Shown in pieces: positions 51,625 to 64,000 of a DNA stretch of 64,000 nucleotides. Every line of letters starts with the position of its first letter. Position 1 is the first letter of the stretch. Both the position numbers and the translations under genes were made by a program. Under the pieces are notes generated by a model, which saw only the letters and a program-made list of their open reading frames with translations, searched no databases and was not told the origin of the DNA. Source of the DNA: Octopus vulgaris (Eukaryota); assembly GCA_951406725.2 (NCBI GenBank), contig OX597833.1, positions 43,028,001-43,092,000 of the forward strand, written 5' to 3'.

Positions 51625-53298
51625 TGTTTGTTTCAGTCATTTGACAGCGGCCATGCTGGAGCATTGCCTTGTAGAATTTTTAGTCGAACGAATTGATCCC
51701 AATACATATTTTATCTGCTTTCTTTTTTCAAAACTTGGTACTTATTCTATCGGTCTGTTTTGCCGAAATGCTAGATTACGGGTAAGTAAACAAACCAACA
51801 CCGGTTGTCAAGCGTTGGTGGGGGCACAATCACGAACATAAATAAACAAACACAAAGACACACGCATGCACACACACACATGCACAAATACTTACACACA
51901 CGTATATACGAAGGTTGTTCGTTATAGATTTCCCCTGACCCACTTCCCAAGGCCTGAGATAAACGAAATTAGGCATAATTATTAGTCCTTCTCTACATAG
52001 CTACCACCAACAGTGACAAACTTCTCCCATCGCTTTATGTAGCTGTGAAGACCTCGTCTGTAGAAGTAGGTAGGTTGCATCTAGAGCTAAAATTTTACCT
52101 CAGAAATAAGTTCAGCATCATCCGAAAATTGCTTCCCCTTCAAAAAAGACTTCTTGGTTGGAAAGAGGTGGAAGTCAGATGGTACAAGGCTGGAAGAATA
52201 AGTGGGGGCAAAGGATTTGATAGCTGCAGGAGTAGGCTTTCATCTGGGCAACATGCGCATTGTGAACTGGGGAGTTGTTTTGGAGGAGACGGACTCCTTC
52301 GGTCAGCATGATACGCCTCTCTTCTTTGATGGCTTCCCGCAGTAATATGCCCCGTTAACTGTGGTGCCTTTTGCCAGAAAATCCATCATCACTACTCCGT
52401 GCTGGTCCCCAAATACTGCGTGCATCACCTTCTTTTGAGGTGGTGAGTTATCATGCTTCCAGTGCTTCGACTAAGACTTTAGTCTCAGGATCATATTCTG
52501 TGATAAATCTGCCGAAAAAGTCCTCCTCGTTTATTTGACACTTTACGAAAAAAGCCTGGGAGCAATTGACTCGTTCCTGCTTCTGAAAAGGTTTGAGCAT
52601 CCGGGGAATCCATCGTGCAGACAACTCCAACATGTGCAAATGGTCATGAAGGATTTTTTTCCGCGGACCCTACACTTATCTTCACTTCTTGGGCTAGTAG
52701 CCGAATAGTTACGCGGCATTCTTCCAAAATGGCAGCTTCCACTTTGTGGCTGGTGTCGTCATCAATGGCGGAATGTGGTCGTCCAGGAATAGGAGTAGTT
52801 TCCACCGATGTTCGACCGCATTTGAACTGGCAAGACCAGTGCTTGACTACGTCGTATGATGGCGCATCGTTACCATAAACTTCTTTCATCTTATCGAAAG
52901 TCTCTTTCGGTGTACGACCTTTCAAGTATAAGAACCTGATCACTGAACTGCATTCAACTGCCTCCATTATAACACCTTAGTTCACTTCGGCAGCCGTAAA
53001 ATACAAACGAATACTAGTGGAAAGCTACAATTTACAATGTGACATGTAGAGACATGTATAATTATACTTGTGCAAGTACTATTTCCTGCAATAACCGAAT
53101 GTGGGTCAGGGAAAATGAACATCCCTCGTATACTACGAACTATTTTCAGTTTCCGTCTGCCAAATCCGATTAAAAGGCTTTGGTCTGTCCTAAGCTATAG
53201 TGGAAGACACTTGCTCAAGGTGCCACGCAGTGAAACTGAACCGGGAGCCCTGTGGTTGGAAAGCAAGCTTTTTACCACACAGCAGCCACATCTGCACC
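51625..53298 (-). mobile_element. Degenerate SINE family B split by a mariner insertion
   Basis: Tail at 51625-51830 and head at 53140-53298 lie on either side of the mariner. Confidence 0.8.
51909..53128 (-). mobile_element. Mariner transposon, near full length, degenerate transposase
   Basis: Imperfect TIRs cgaaggttgttc..cccctgacccac / gtgggtcaggg..ccctcg with TA flanks; MEAVECSSVIRFLYLKG, ARWIPRML, SYVEKD*. Confidence 0.93.
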
Positions 53299-53669
53299 TA
53301 TATATTGAATATAATAAGATTTCTCATATTTTTTGCGAAAAACATAAGCATGGATCAACAGAAGCAAAGTAAAGGGAAGAGCATTCGCGTGCACACGCAC
53401 ATACACTTATACACACATATTTACACGTTATGTATGTATGTATGTTTGTATGTATGTATGCTTGTGTGTATGTATGTATTTTCTATTGATGGATGGGCAA
53501 ATAAAACCTCATTTCATGCTTTATTTGAAGTTTGGGTGTGACTTGGAACGGATTACACACCTGATTACTCGTATATGTATTTCAATTACTTACGTATGCT
53601 CCTGAACCGATTATATATATTCTTATATAGAGACACCCGAGCAGGAAGAATCACTACTGCGTGGGAAAA

Positions 53670-53850
53670 ATTGGTTAGCAACATGTCACCCATCTTTACG
53701 TTCTGATTTCAAATTCCGCCGACTTCGACTTTGCTTTTCATCCTTTCCGGGTCGATAAGAAAAGTACCAGTCGAAGAATGGAGTCGATGTATTTGACTAT
53801 CATCCTCCCGCAAAGTTTCAAGTTTTGTACCATAACAGAAAGGAATCTTA
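53670..53850 (+). mobile_element. Degenerate SINE family A
   Basis: ttacgttctgatttcaaattccgcc..tcatcctttccgggtcgataa. Confidence 0.8.
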
Positions 53851-53875
53851 TTTAGAAACCCCACTCTATGATTAA

Positions 53876-53972
<97 letters not shown>

Positions 53973-55404
53973 GTCTATCTGTCTATCTATCTATCTACCT
54001 GTCTGTCTGTCTGTCGCTAAAATTCTGTTTATCTTTACGGGGAATCATGAAAGCTTGAAATAACAACAAAGCATATATATGTTATATTTGGTTCCTTGAA
54101 CGACTGCTGGAATGTTTCCATATTAAAAGTTATATACGTGTGATGTATGGTGCAACTGAAATTACACACAAAGCGACAAGTCGCATATTTGACGTAGGAG
54201 ACTAGAGATCGAAATTACGATAGAAACTATCACTGACTTAAAAACTACAACTATCTGTCCTCTTGAAAAACTGGTTAATCTCCAGATGTATTGACTGAAG
54301 GAACCTTTTTTTTTCAAGACCGCAGTCATTTTCGTCTGAAACTTCTGTTGATCATGCAAAGACACGACAAAACCAAATAATCCCGTAAAACTTAAACCGA
54401 CTCTTTTTAGCGGAAGTTATAAAAGAAACTGTAACTATAAAATACATTTTTCTTGTAGTATCTGTCAGAATATGTAAAATTTTCCAAAGGTTTCGCATAT
54501 AAGTACGTATGCACACGTCTAGACATGCAACTATATGTAGGAGTACACCAAAATAAAACAAAACATACAGATCTACTCTTGGACTAACTCCAAATACTTG
54601 CACATATACACACATACATACACAGTTGCCCTTTTGATGTTGACGAGATTCCAAAGAAAGTGCTTAGGATCTATGTTAGCGTTATCACAAATCATTTGTC
54701 GAGCAAGAGAACTGTATATAATCAAGCTGTTTTTCAACACTGAGGAGAAATAAACATTGGAACAATGCCTGAAACTGCTCAAGGCAGAAAAAGGAGACAA
54801 CTCCGTATCTCAAAATATGTAAATGGTTGACAACACTGAAATCTTAATTAATTCAAACTTGTAATAGACATATTTTAAGGTGAAAAATATTTGCACAAGG
54901 TGTTTTTAATAAGCTAACTTGATCCTCGTTAGCAAGGTCACGACAGTTCCGGATGCATGATATAAAATTAATTATAGCTCAAGTATCAAGAAAGCATGTA
55001 TGAGTTTGAAACGAATCTGGGCCCTCATATTTATCCTTTCCGTTTCATTCCATTTTTTTTTTCACTTCTATATCCGTAAGAGGAATCTATTTATAGATGG
55101 TAAATCTACATTACTGTTCAGTTATAATTTATCACATACGACCATCATTACGAACAAATAAAAAATGCAACTTAAAAACAAAAAAATACAATGTTTTTAT
55201 TTTTTTTCTGTCACTATGCAAAGAAGACATCGCAAATAGTAAGTATCAATCATCTCGACAACCAAGGATTCAGCAAGTGATAAGCCAGCAATTAACACTA
55301 AGACTACTAATACTTCAATTGTACATTGTATGCATAACTGAAAGATCAGTGCCATAGACAAAATGCTGCTAACAATTCTGCCAGCTCTGCCTCACTGCCA
55401 TGTA

Positions 55405-55760
55405 CTCTATTAAGAGTACTGTCCTATATTGCCTTATACTATGTTATATACTCCATTAGAGTACTGTTCTACAGTACACTATACTGCATTAGTGTGTCTT
55501 CTATATTGTTCCACATTAGAGTACTGTTCTTCACAGCCCTATACTATATCAGAGTACAATTCAGTATTGCACTATACTGCTTTAACGTACTGTTTTATAC
55601 TGATCTATACTACATTACAATACTATTCTGTATTGTACTATACTGCAATAGAGCACTCTTCAACACTATAATATACAGCATTAGAGTACACTACTCTCCT
55701 ACAGTGCCATGTACAATATTTGAGTACTGTTCTACTGCACAATAGTAGCTCCTATTAGAG
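55405..55760. repeat. Degenerate ~33-bp minisatellite (about 10 units)
   Basis: attagagtactgttct..actatactgc recurs with variation. Confidence 0.75.
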
Positions 55761-57456
55761 GAAGCCTTTATGCTGTCACAGAAATATTTCTGAAGCAACA
55801 TTACATTGCCTTAAAAGAGGGAACATTTGATATTGAAGTCCAGAGAATACTATGCCTGAAAAAAGGCAGGATTGTCATGGTTGGATTATCATTGATCATA
55901 GGGTTTTTTGATGCGCCGGATCAAAGCTCTGTTGATGCCCCCATCTAAATTAATAAGCCTGATTAACCACAAGAAACTTTGAGTTCTTTAAATTTGTGCC
56001 CAGAAAAGCCTGCTCCCTTTTCATTACCACCGAACGAGGCCTCCATGAAAATTCTGTTTCATTGTCAACCTCTCTCCCTCTTCTTTCTCTCTCTCCTTCT
56101 TCTTTCTCTCTCTGTCTCTTCTTTCTCTCTCCTCCTCTCTGTCTGTCTGTCTGTCTGTCCTCTCTCTCTCTCTCTCTCTCTCTCTGTTTCTCTCTCTCTC
56201 TCTCTCTTCTTCGTTCCTCTAACATTAAAGACGCAAGCCAAAGAAACAGATTCTTATGTGGTTGCTTGATCTGCTCAAGAAGCCAACGAACTTACCCTGA
56301 AATCGTACAGTATCGTTTTAAAAATGGAATGAAAGAATGAAACTTATGACAAAATTATCCGTGGCTACAGTCCTTCTTGATTCTATCCTGGCGCTAAATT
56401 TGATCACCAAGAACGACACAACAAATTCATAGCCATTTTCGACCAAACAAATAACCAAGCAATCAATCAATTTCAGGCGGCCAAACAACCAGCAGTCTAC
56501 TAGAAATAACAGCCAAATTTTATTTTAAACTGCAACATGCTTTCTTTAAGAAAATAATAAGAATGTCGTTTGTCGCAGATCTGTCGACATGGTCAGGGCT
56601 AAGCTAGAGTTAGATAACAATACCAACAACAACCACAACAACGCCATCCAACCACCCATTAATGACTAATATTTCATTGTATACAGTGTGTGGAGGTGAG
56701 TTAAACTTATACCATCGTGGGTATCTTCCTGTCTATCTTTCTCTTCTGCTCTCCTCCCCCTCCTCCACTTCCTCCTCCTCCTCGATCTACCTCTCTCTTT
56801 TTTTTATACACACATCAAAGACTTACGAACCAATGAATAAATTGGTCAGCAATTATCTCATCTCTTCTCATAATAACAACTTGAATGTTATTATGAATAA
56901 ACTATTTACCATATATGTGTGCGTTTCTCTGTGCGTGTGTATGTGTGTGTGTGTCTGTATGTGTGCATATTGTTTGTTTATCTTATTAAAAAAATCTAAA
57001 TTCGGGTTATAATTTGTGTACAAATTAATTATTCATTGTGGATTTGGTTTACTGTTGTAACTTATTTCAACGTCCCTAATTGAGTCTGTTTTATATTATG
57101 AATTTCAAATTCTCTTCAATCGCTTAAACAGACACCCAAACCGATACGCTCGTACACATACACATACACACACACACATGCACACATACATACATACGTA
57201 TACACACACAGATACATACGCACACACCACACATATATACAAACACATGAAGCAGCACGCACCCACGCACATGTGTGAATATGTGTATGCATTTTCGAGT
57301 GCGTGAGTATATTTCAGGAATGAATACAAATATACAGAGATACCTGCATACACATATACATACACTTATATGGTTGTCTATGTTAGAATAAATGTACGTA
57401 TGCATAAGTTTGTTTGCGTGAGCATATGTGTGAGTATATATATATATATATATATA

Positions 57457-57952
<496 letters not shown>

Positions 57953-57999
57953 TGTATGTATGTATGTATGTATGTATGTATGTATATGTATAGAGAGAG

Positions 58000-58560
58000 A
58001 ACGAGACATGACCTAATGGTTAGCAAGTTCAGTTCACAATCACGAAACTCGAGTTCGATTCCATTGCAGGATGTGTACGAATGCCTTGCGTCAAATGAAG
58101 GTAGTAGAAAGAAACTGTTCGGATGCTCATCCGATGGATTGTGACTATAAAGAAAAGGTCCAGTCTTGTCATATATTGTATCACACAGATTTTGCTTGAA
58201 GATTATGTTAAGGGTAGGCCTGTCTCAGGAATACTCATCTCCTTATACAGTAATTCACTGAGGAAGTAGTTCAGTAGCTAGAACTACTGAAACCTATAGC
58301 AATCTAGTTATTCAAATATTTCTCAATAGTTAAAGAAAACCAAATATCAGGGCTTGATCGACGAAGTACATGTCAAAGGATGGCATATGACCTCATTTCC
58401 TATTGAAGTCGACTGTCACGAATTTTTAGTCAAATCGGTGCACTTTTTTGCGTCTGAAGCCACGAAAGCGCGTGGCTTAGTGGTTAGGGTTTTCGGCTCA
58501 CGATTGTAAGGTTGTGAGTTCAATTCTCAGTGATGCGTTGTGCGTTGCGCAACACACTTT
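58000..58560 (+). mobile_element. Degenerate SINE C-related copy (58000-58290) and a tRNA-like SINE head (58468-58560)
   Basis: atggttagc..gagttcgattcc; gtggcttagtggttaggg..gagttcaattctc. Confidence 0.65.
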
Positions 58561-58564
58561 ATTT

Positions 58565-59103
58565 CACACAAATAAAGATGTCTGCACTTCAGTGGACAGT
58601 GAGCCACGTTGTGACAGACCATCGATTAACAGAAAAGATGAAACGAATGCAAAGGTTCGAGGAATACAAGAGGACTATCTTGTAACTGTTGGGGATATGG
58701 TTGCTGAAGTTGAAATCAGCCAAGGGTCAGTTAAGTCAATTCATTTCATCTACGTCGTCCAAGCATTCCTCATCAAGCAAAACACACCACTTGTTCGTCA
58801 GGCTTCATATTCCCCAGACCTGACTCCGTGTGACTCTTGGTCATTCTGAAAGCTAAAAAAAAAAAAAACACTCAAAGAGAGAAGATTTGAGTCAACAGAC
58901 GCCATTATGCAAAAGTCGACAGCACAGTTCCACAGCATCCCAAAAAATGATTTCCAGAAGTGTTTCCATTAGTGGCAGGAACACTAGCAGAAGTGTGTAG
59001 ACTCCCAAGGCAAATGCTTTGAAGGAAACTAAATCAAATTGGTGAGTCTTTTAATATTACTTGTTTTTTAGTCAAAGGTTGGATACTTTTTGACTATGCC
59101 ACG
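58565..59103 (+). mobile_element. Internally deleted mariner remnant (different family from 34341)
   Basis: YSPDLTPCDSW..KCVDSQGKCFEGN*; 3' TIR-like ggatactttttgactatgccacg-ta. Confidence 0.8.
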
Positions 59104-59555
59104 TATACATACCTAAGAGAGTAACTCACTAGGAAAAATGCCAGCTAAAGAATCCAACGTTCTCTACTCTGCAGAATCTACACATGGAGAAAACTGAGGA
59201 ATAGTTTTCTGTCAATTTGAAAATGTCAAGGGTCTTTAAATATACAAATGTCAGCAAATTTAGTCATGCTGGTAATACAATAATAAGACACCTTATAAAT
59301 AAGACCAATAAGAAACTAGAGTATACAGCAACCACTTCTTCTTTGCAAAAATATCAGAGTGATGGTAATGGGATCTGTTTAAGTTTTTTGTCTGTTTAAG
59401 TCTTTTGTCTGTTTAAGTCTTTTGTCTTTACTCGCAACAAATAAGTGGGTAGATTTGTCAATCATGTTTACAGACAGCATGATTTATAATTAATCACTGT
59501 AGAACTGTTTCGTGTGGTAACTCACTGGTAAACTAATTAGCTAATTATTTGCACA

Positions 59556-59602
<47 letters not shown>

Positions 59603-60023
59603 GCACACGCACGCACGCACAAACATGTATTCATATGTATCTGGTTAGTGAAAGACGTAAGCTGGAAGGTACGAGGGTTTCTATTAATCACTGCCAGGTG
59701 TAAATCATACGTTTTATTATCTAATATCTAATAATATATTTATATGCATGTTCTTTTATAGACATATATATTCTTTTACAAAAAAATATTATTATACAAG
59801 GAGAAGAAATTAACAAGTGTTAATCCAAACCACTGCAATTGTTTCTGAGTATTAACATCAGCTGGTAATTGCTGAGTTTCACACATTATACTTATTGAAT
59901 TAATATGATTCAATAAATGCTGTGCACCTGCACGTCTTCAGATGAGCCAAAAGTAATCGACTAGACGTCTTCCCCCAAATTTCAGGCGTTATGCCTATAG
60001 CAGAAAGAATTATTATTATTATA

Positions 60024-60214
<191 letters not shown>

Positions 60215-60231
60215 CATCATCATCATCATCA

Positions 60232-60289
<58 letters not shown>

Positions 60290-60301
60290 CATTATTATTA
60301 T

Positions 60302-60862
60302 TGAGTGAGAGAGCAGTGCATGCCATCAAAGTGACACTGGGGTAGAATTTTACAAAGCCCAGTATACCCATCATGACTACCCGTCTGATAAGGGTACATT
60401 AAGCACATGCATCACAACCATATGTGTGCGACGTGGTGATCTCATATCAAGATAAACAGCACATGACATTGTAGGGGGGCCCAGATAGAATTTTCTTCTG
60501 GTTGAGTAACCCATCCCGTTCAAAAAGTCCCTGAATAAGGGTTGTTTAAGGATATTGAACGAAACACCCATGTTTCCAGAGGTGAATTATTCAAACCCCA
60601 AAGAATCCCTTTCAGCACACGGCTATGATGCTCCCCCACTACTTCTGCTCGTGATTAGAGATGCACATATCGTCAGCCACTAAGTGACATGCTCAACTAG
60701 TTATGGTCAAGCAACTGACAAGCAAATCTGTGGTATTGAGCAGAATATTTGCTGTAGCCCATCTTTTATACCAAGACAAAACAATGTACATAATAACATT
60801 TCCAATCAGTTAAGATCAGAAGCCACGAGAACCACTGCCAGTCACTGCATCAGGGCATTTCT
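60302..60862 (-). mobile_element. ~560-bp retroposon-like insert between (ATT)n/(ATC)n arrays
   Basis: Complex sequence bounded on both sides by the same trinucleotide arrays; minus-strand end ..ctctctcactc(aat)n looks like a tail. Confidence 0.55.
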
Positions 60863-60863
60863 T

Positions 60864-60904
<41 letters not shown>

Positions 60905-60923
60905 TATTATTATTATTATTATA

Positions 60924-60958
<35 letters not shown>

Positions 60959-60984
60959 CATTATCATCATTATTATTATTTCGG

Positions 60985-61170
60985 TTAGGAAGCATAGTAT
61001 GAATGTCGGACAAAATGTCTTACGGTATTTAGCTTCAAACGTTTAAATTCTGAGTTCAAATCCCTCCGAGAGTCGATAAACTAAAGAGTCAACCAAAACA
61101 CGGGCTCGATGGCCCCGACAACCAGGCCGACCATTATAAAGTGTTGGCTTTCTGCTTAAATCAGAAACCA
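60985..61170 (+). mobile_element. Degenerate SINE family A with (ATT)n tail
   Basis: cggacaaaatg..ttctgagttcaaatccc..gtcgataaa. Confidence 0.6.
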
Positions 61171-61188
61171 CTATTATTATTATTATTA

Positions 61189-61337
<149 letters not shown>

Positions 61338-62319
61338 GTCGTTGTTGGTTTTTGAGGTAGTGTTAGTAGTTGTTCTTGTTCTTGTCTGCTGTTTTTGTTA
61401 GGTGATATGTTGCGATATAAATTCTGTTTTAACTTGTTTTAATACTTGCTTTCTCTGACGAAGGTTAGATTTGTTGATTTTTATTTCATTATAGTGATAT
61501 GAATGAAGGGAAAAAGAAGCAGAGCTTAACAGGGAAATAGCTTACCTATTTAGGGGTAGCTATTTATGTATTTTTTATTTATTGTTCCTTCAGGGTAGAA
61601 ATTCTTTTCCCTCGGCAACAGTGGTGATGGTGGGGGTTGGTTGTTTCTCAAAATAGTACCAGACAAATATCTCTTCCACGAGAGAGAGGAAAGAAAATAC
61701 AGAACGAAACAAAGCAAAACAAAAAACAAAAAAAAAACAAAAAAAAAACAATTGTGTACTGTGAACATTTGCCAAAATAACATTGGTAACATTAATAATT
61801 CCAGCAATAACCGTAACAAGAAGAATGTCAATACAAAAAAAATGTTAAAAGAAATTGAAAGCATACAGGCATTCATGTAGACTCTTGTGAAAACAACAAC
61901 AGTAACATCATTAGCAGCAGCAGTAGCAGCAGTAGCAGTAGCAGTAGCTACGACAGCAACACTGATGAGGATAGTATTGTCCACAATAACTCCGAAATTA
62001 ATAATGTAAAAAAAAAGGACAACGATAAAAACACAGGCACATTTGCTGTTGCTCTTTAACATGGTGGCTGTAAAATGGAAGAAAGGAAAGCAATTACTGA
62101 AATTATTATTCGAGGAAATAGAGAAAATTATTTGTTACATTTAGGCATATCTCCTACAAAACAATTGAAAGTTGCTCCTAGGGGACACTACGAAAACGTT
62201 GTTGAAGATCTAAAGCTATGAATAAAGCAGACGAAAAGTGGAAACTCTCTTTTGAATAAATTAATGTAAAGGAAAGGCACTCTTCAACATCAAATTAAGC
62301 ACAGAGAGAAAGTAAAAGT

Positions 62320-62535
62320 AAAGTTTTCCTTCCCGAGTCATACCGACTCATAAGGGACGATTCCTCAGTTTCCATGGCATATACATTCTCCATCGTAGCA
62401 TTACTCAATTTTGCCAACTGAGTGAACTGGAGCAACGTGAAATGAAGTGTTTTGCTCAAGAACACAACGTGTTGCCCGGTCCAGGAATCGAAACCACAAT
62501 GTTACGATCATGAGTCCAACATCCTAACCAGTAAG
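62320..62535 (-). mobile_element. tRNA-derived SINE (C-related tail)
   Basis: gctcaagaacacaacg..ccaggaatcgaaacc..ctaaccag; tail shared with 40515. Confidence 0.75.
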
Positions 62536-62722
62536 AGACTCTAGACTTTATTCGAAGCACCGTCTCCAGACACAAATATCCCTGTATCTTATACGAATAC
62601 AAGGAACCCCTCATCATAGTATATGAACAACCTCCATCGTTCCCTATAGCGGGCGTTCACTATCTGTACATCTGCATATCTGTACATCTGTACATCTGTG
62701 CATCTGCATATCTGTCTATCTG

Positions 62723-62758
<36 letters not shown>

Positions 62759-64000
62759 TCTCTCTCTCGCTTTCTCTTTCTCTCTCTCATTCTCACTCAC
62801 TCTTTTTCAGCAAGTAATCCGACTTAATTTCTACTCGACTATTTATCTTAACGTGAAATAATCTTTACTGGTGTGCAGTACACTTCTGAACACCCGTAAC
62901 ACCTAGTTTAGACAGAACCATATGAACATTTGAACTCAAATCTGCTCTGCAATCACAGAATCTGCTCTGCAATCACAGAAACAAAATGAAATGAGAAACT
63001 CAAAATATCAGCAGTGATAAAGTTCATCATCAAACAAAAAAATTCTGCTATATGTAATGAGCGCATACATACATACATACATACATACATACATACATAC
63101 ATACATACATACATACATACATACATACATACATACATACATACATACATACATACATACTTGGATGCAAATAAGAAAACACGCACGCACACACATTCAT
63201 ACCTTTATACCTGCTCAGTTAGCATTCGGGTCACTTAGCATAGCACTATTAGGGCTAATTAGACCTATTTTCAACAGTGAGAAATGAGTTAGGAATCAGA
63301 AGACCGTTAACTAAAGCTCAATGGAATGTTAAGACAGTACACGTATTGGGATAAAAAGACTTAAAATACGTCATCCTGCACAAATAGCAATGAATCTAGA
63401 GAGATGTCGTATTCACATAACTATCCTACAGGAAACATAATTTTATCTCTCGGGCTATCTCAACTTTTATGAAATTGAATGCAAAGAATAAGGATTTAAA
63501 TTCACCATAACGAAGAATACAGGGCTAAAACAGATTACTGAAACGTTTGCGTCAGTAATTGGTAGAAAAATGACGACTGAACTAATATGGAGAAGGAACT
63601 TCAATGCTATGTACCAAATATGATAAACTCCAACGTAAGCAACGTATATTATATAATATCCCTCTACGGGATAAACAACTAATAAAAGGAAACTTTATTA
63701 ACAGGAAAAGAATAGGCTGTAGAAATTGGCCTGTAATTATGCGGCAACATGGTGTCGGAGGCAGCAACTCCAGTAGTGAACATCTGCTAAGTAGCTCTAT
63801 GTAATGAATTTAAAGGACTAATTATTAATATCAAGCAGTAAACCGAACTCAGGACATTGTGGATGCACTTTCGTTAGAAACATCGGTATATTGTTGTTTT
63901 TGTCATTTACACGGCAGCAGAGCAAACTAGACATCTACAGCACAGAGTTATACTGGTGCAAACTGCTAAACCGATCGTCTGCTATTAAGATGAAGACCAG

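Noticed and set aside
54400-54800. Possible hAT dimerisation-domain remnant
   Set aside because: Resemblance is faint and needs several frameshifts.
61570-61700. Polypyrimidine tract plus AG at about 61593 as a host exon
   Set aside because: No good donor or recognisable peptide; cannot be supported without transcripts.
62939-62978. 20-bp direct duplication (similar ones at 5330-5390, 32420-32490, 59375-59430)
   Set aside because: Ordinary local slippage duplications with no further structure.

Overview
AT-rich eukaryotic non-coding DNA saturated with microsatellites ((TA)n, (TATG)n, (CA)n, (GA)n, (ATT)n, (TCTA)n) and interspersed repeats. The SINE families resemble those I recall from Octopus/cephalopod genomes (inference, not verified). 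I can support no intact host gene, and nearly all ORF-track entries are microsatellite translations or transposon fragments. Supported content: three tRNA-derived SINE families (many copies, some multimeric or nested, several with TSDs), two near-full-length mariner elements and one Tc1 element plus fragments, Tx1/L1-like LINE 3' fragments, and Helitron-like non-autonomous elements. The most striking signal is a dense set of fold-back palindromes next to microsatellites, most carrying minimal type-I hammerhead ribozyme (HHR) motifs typical of Penelope-like retroelement (PLE) termini, several with non-canonical cores. One PLE family has the layout GIY-YIG ORF end > tRNA-like Pol III A/B-box cassette > (AAT)n(AAC)n > hammerhead. 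A separate 1.5-kb palindrome is centred on a duplicated (TA)n hairpin. All coordinates were read by eye and boundaries are approximate.
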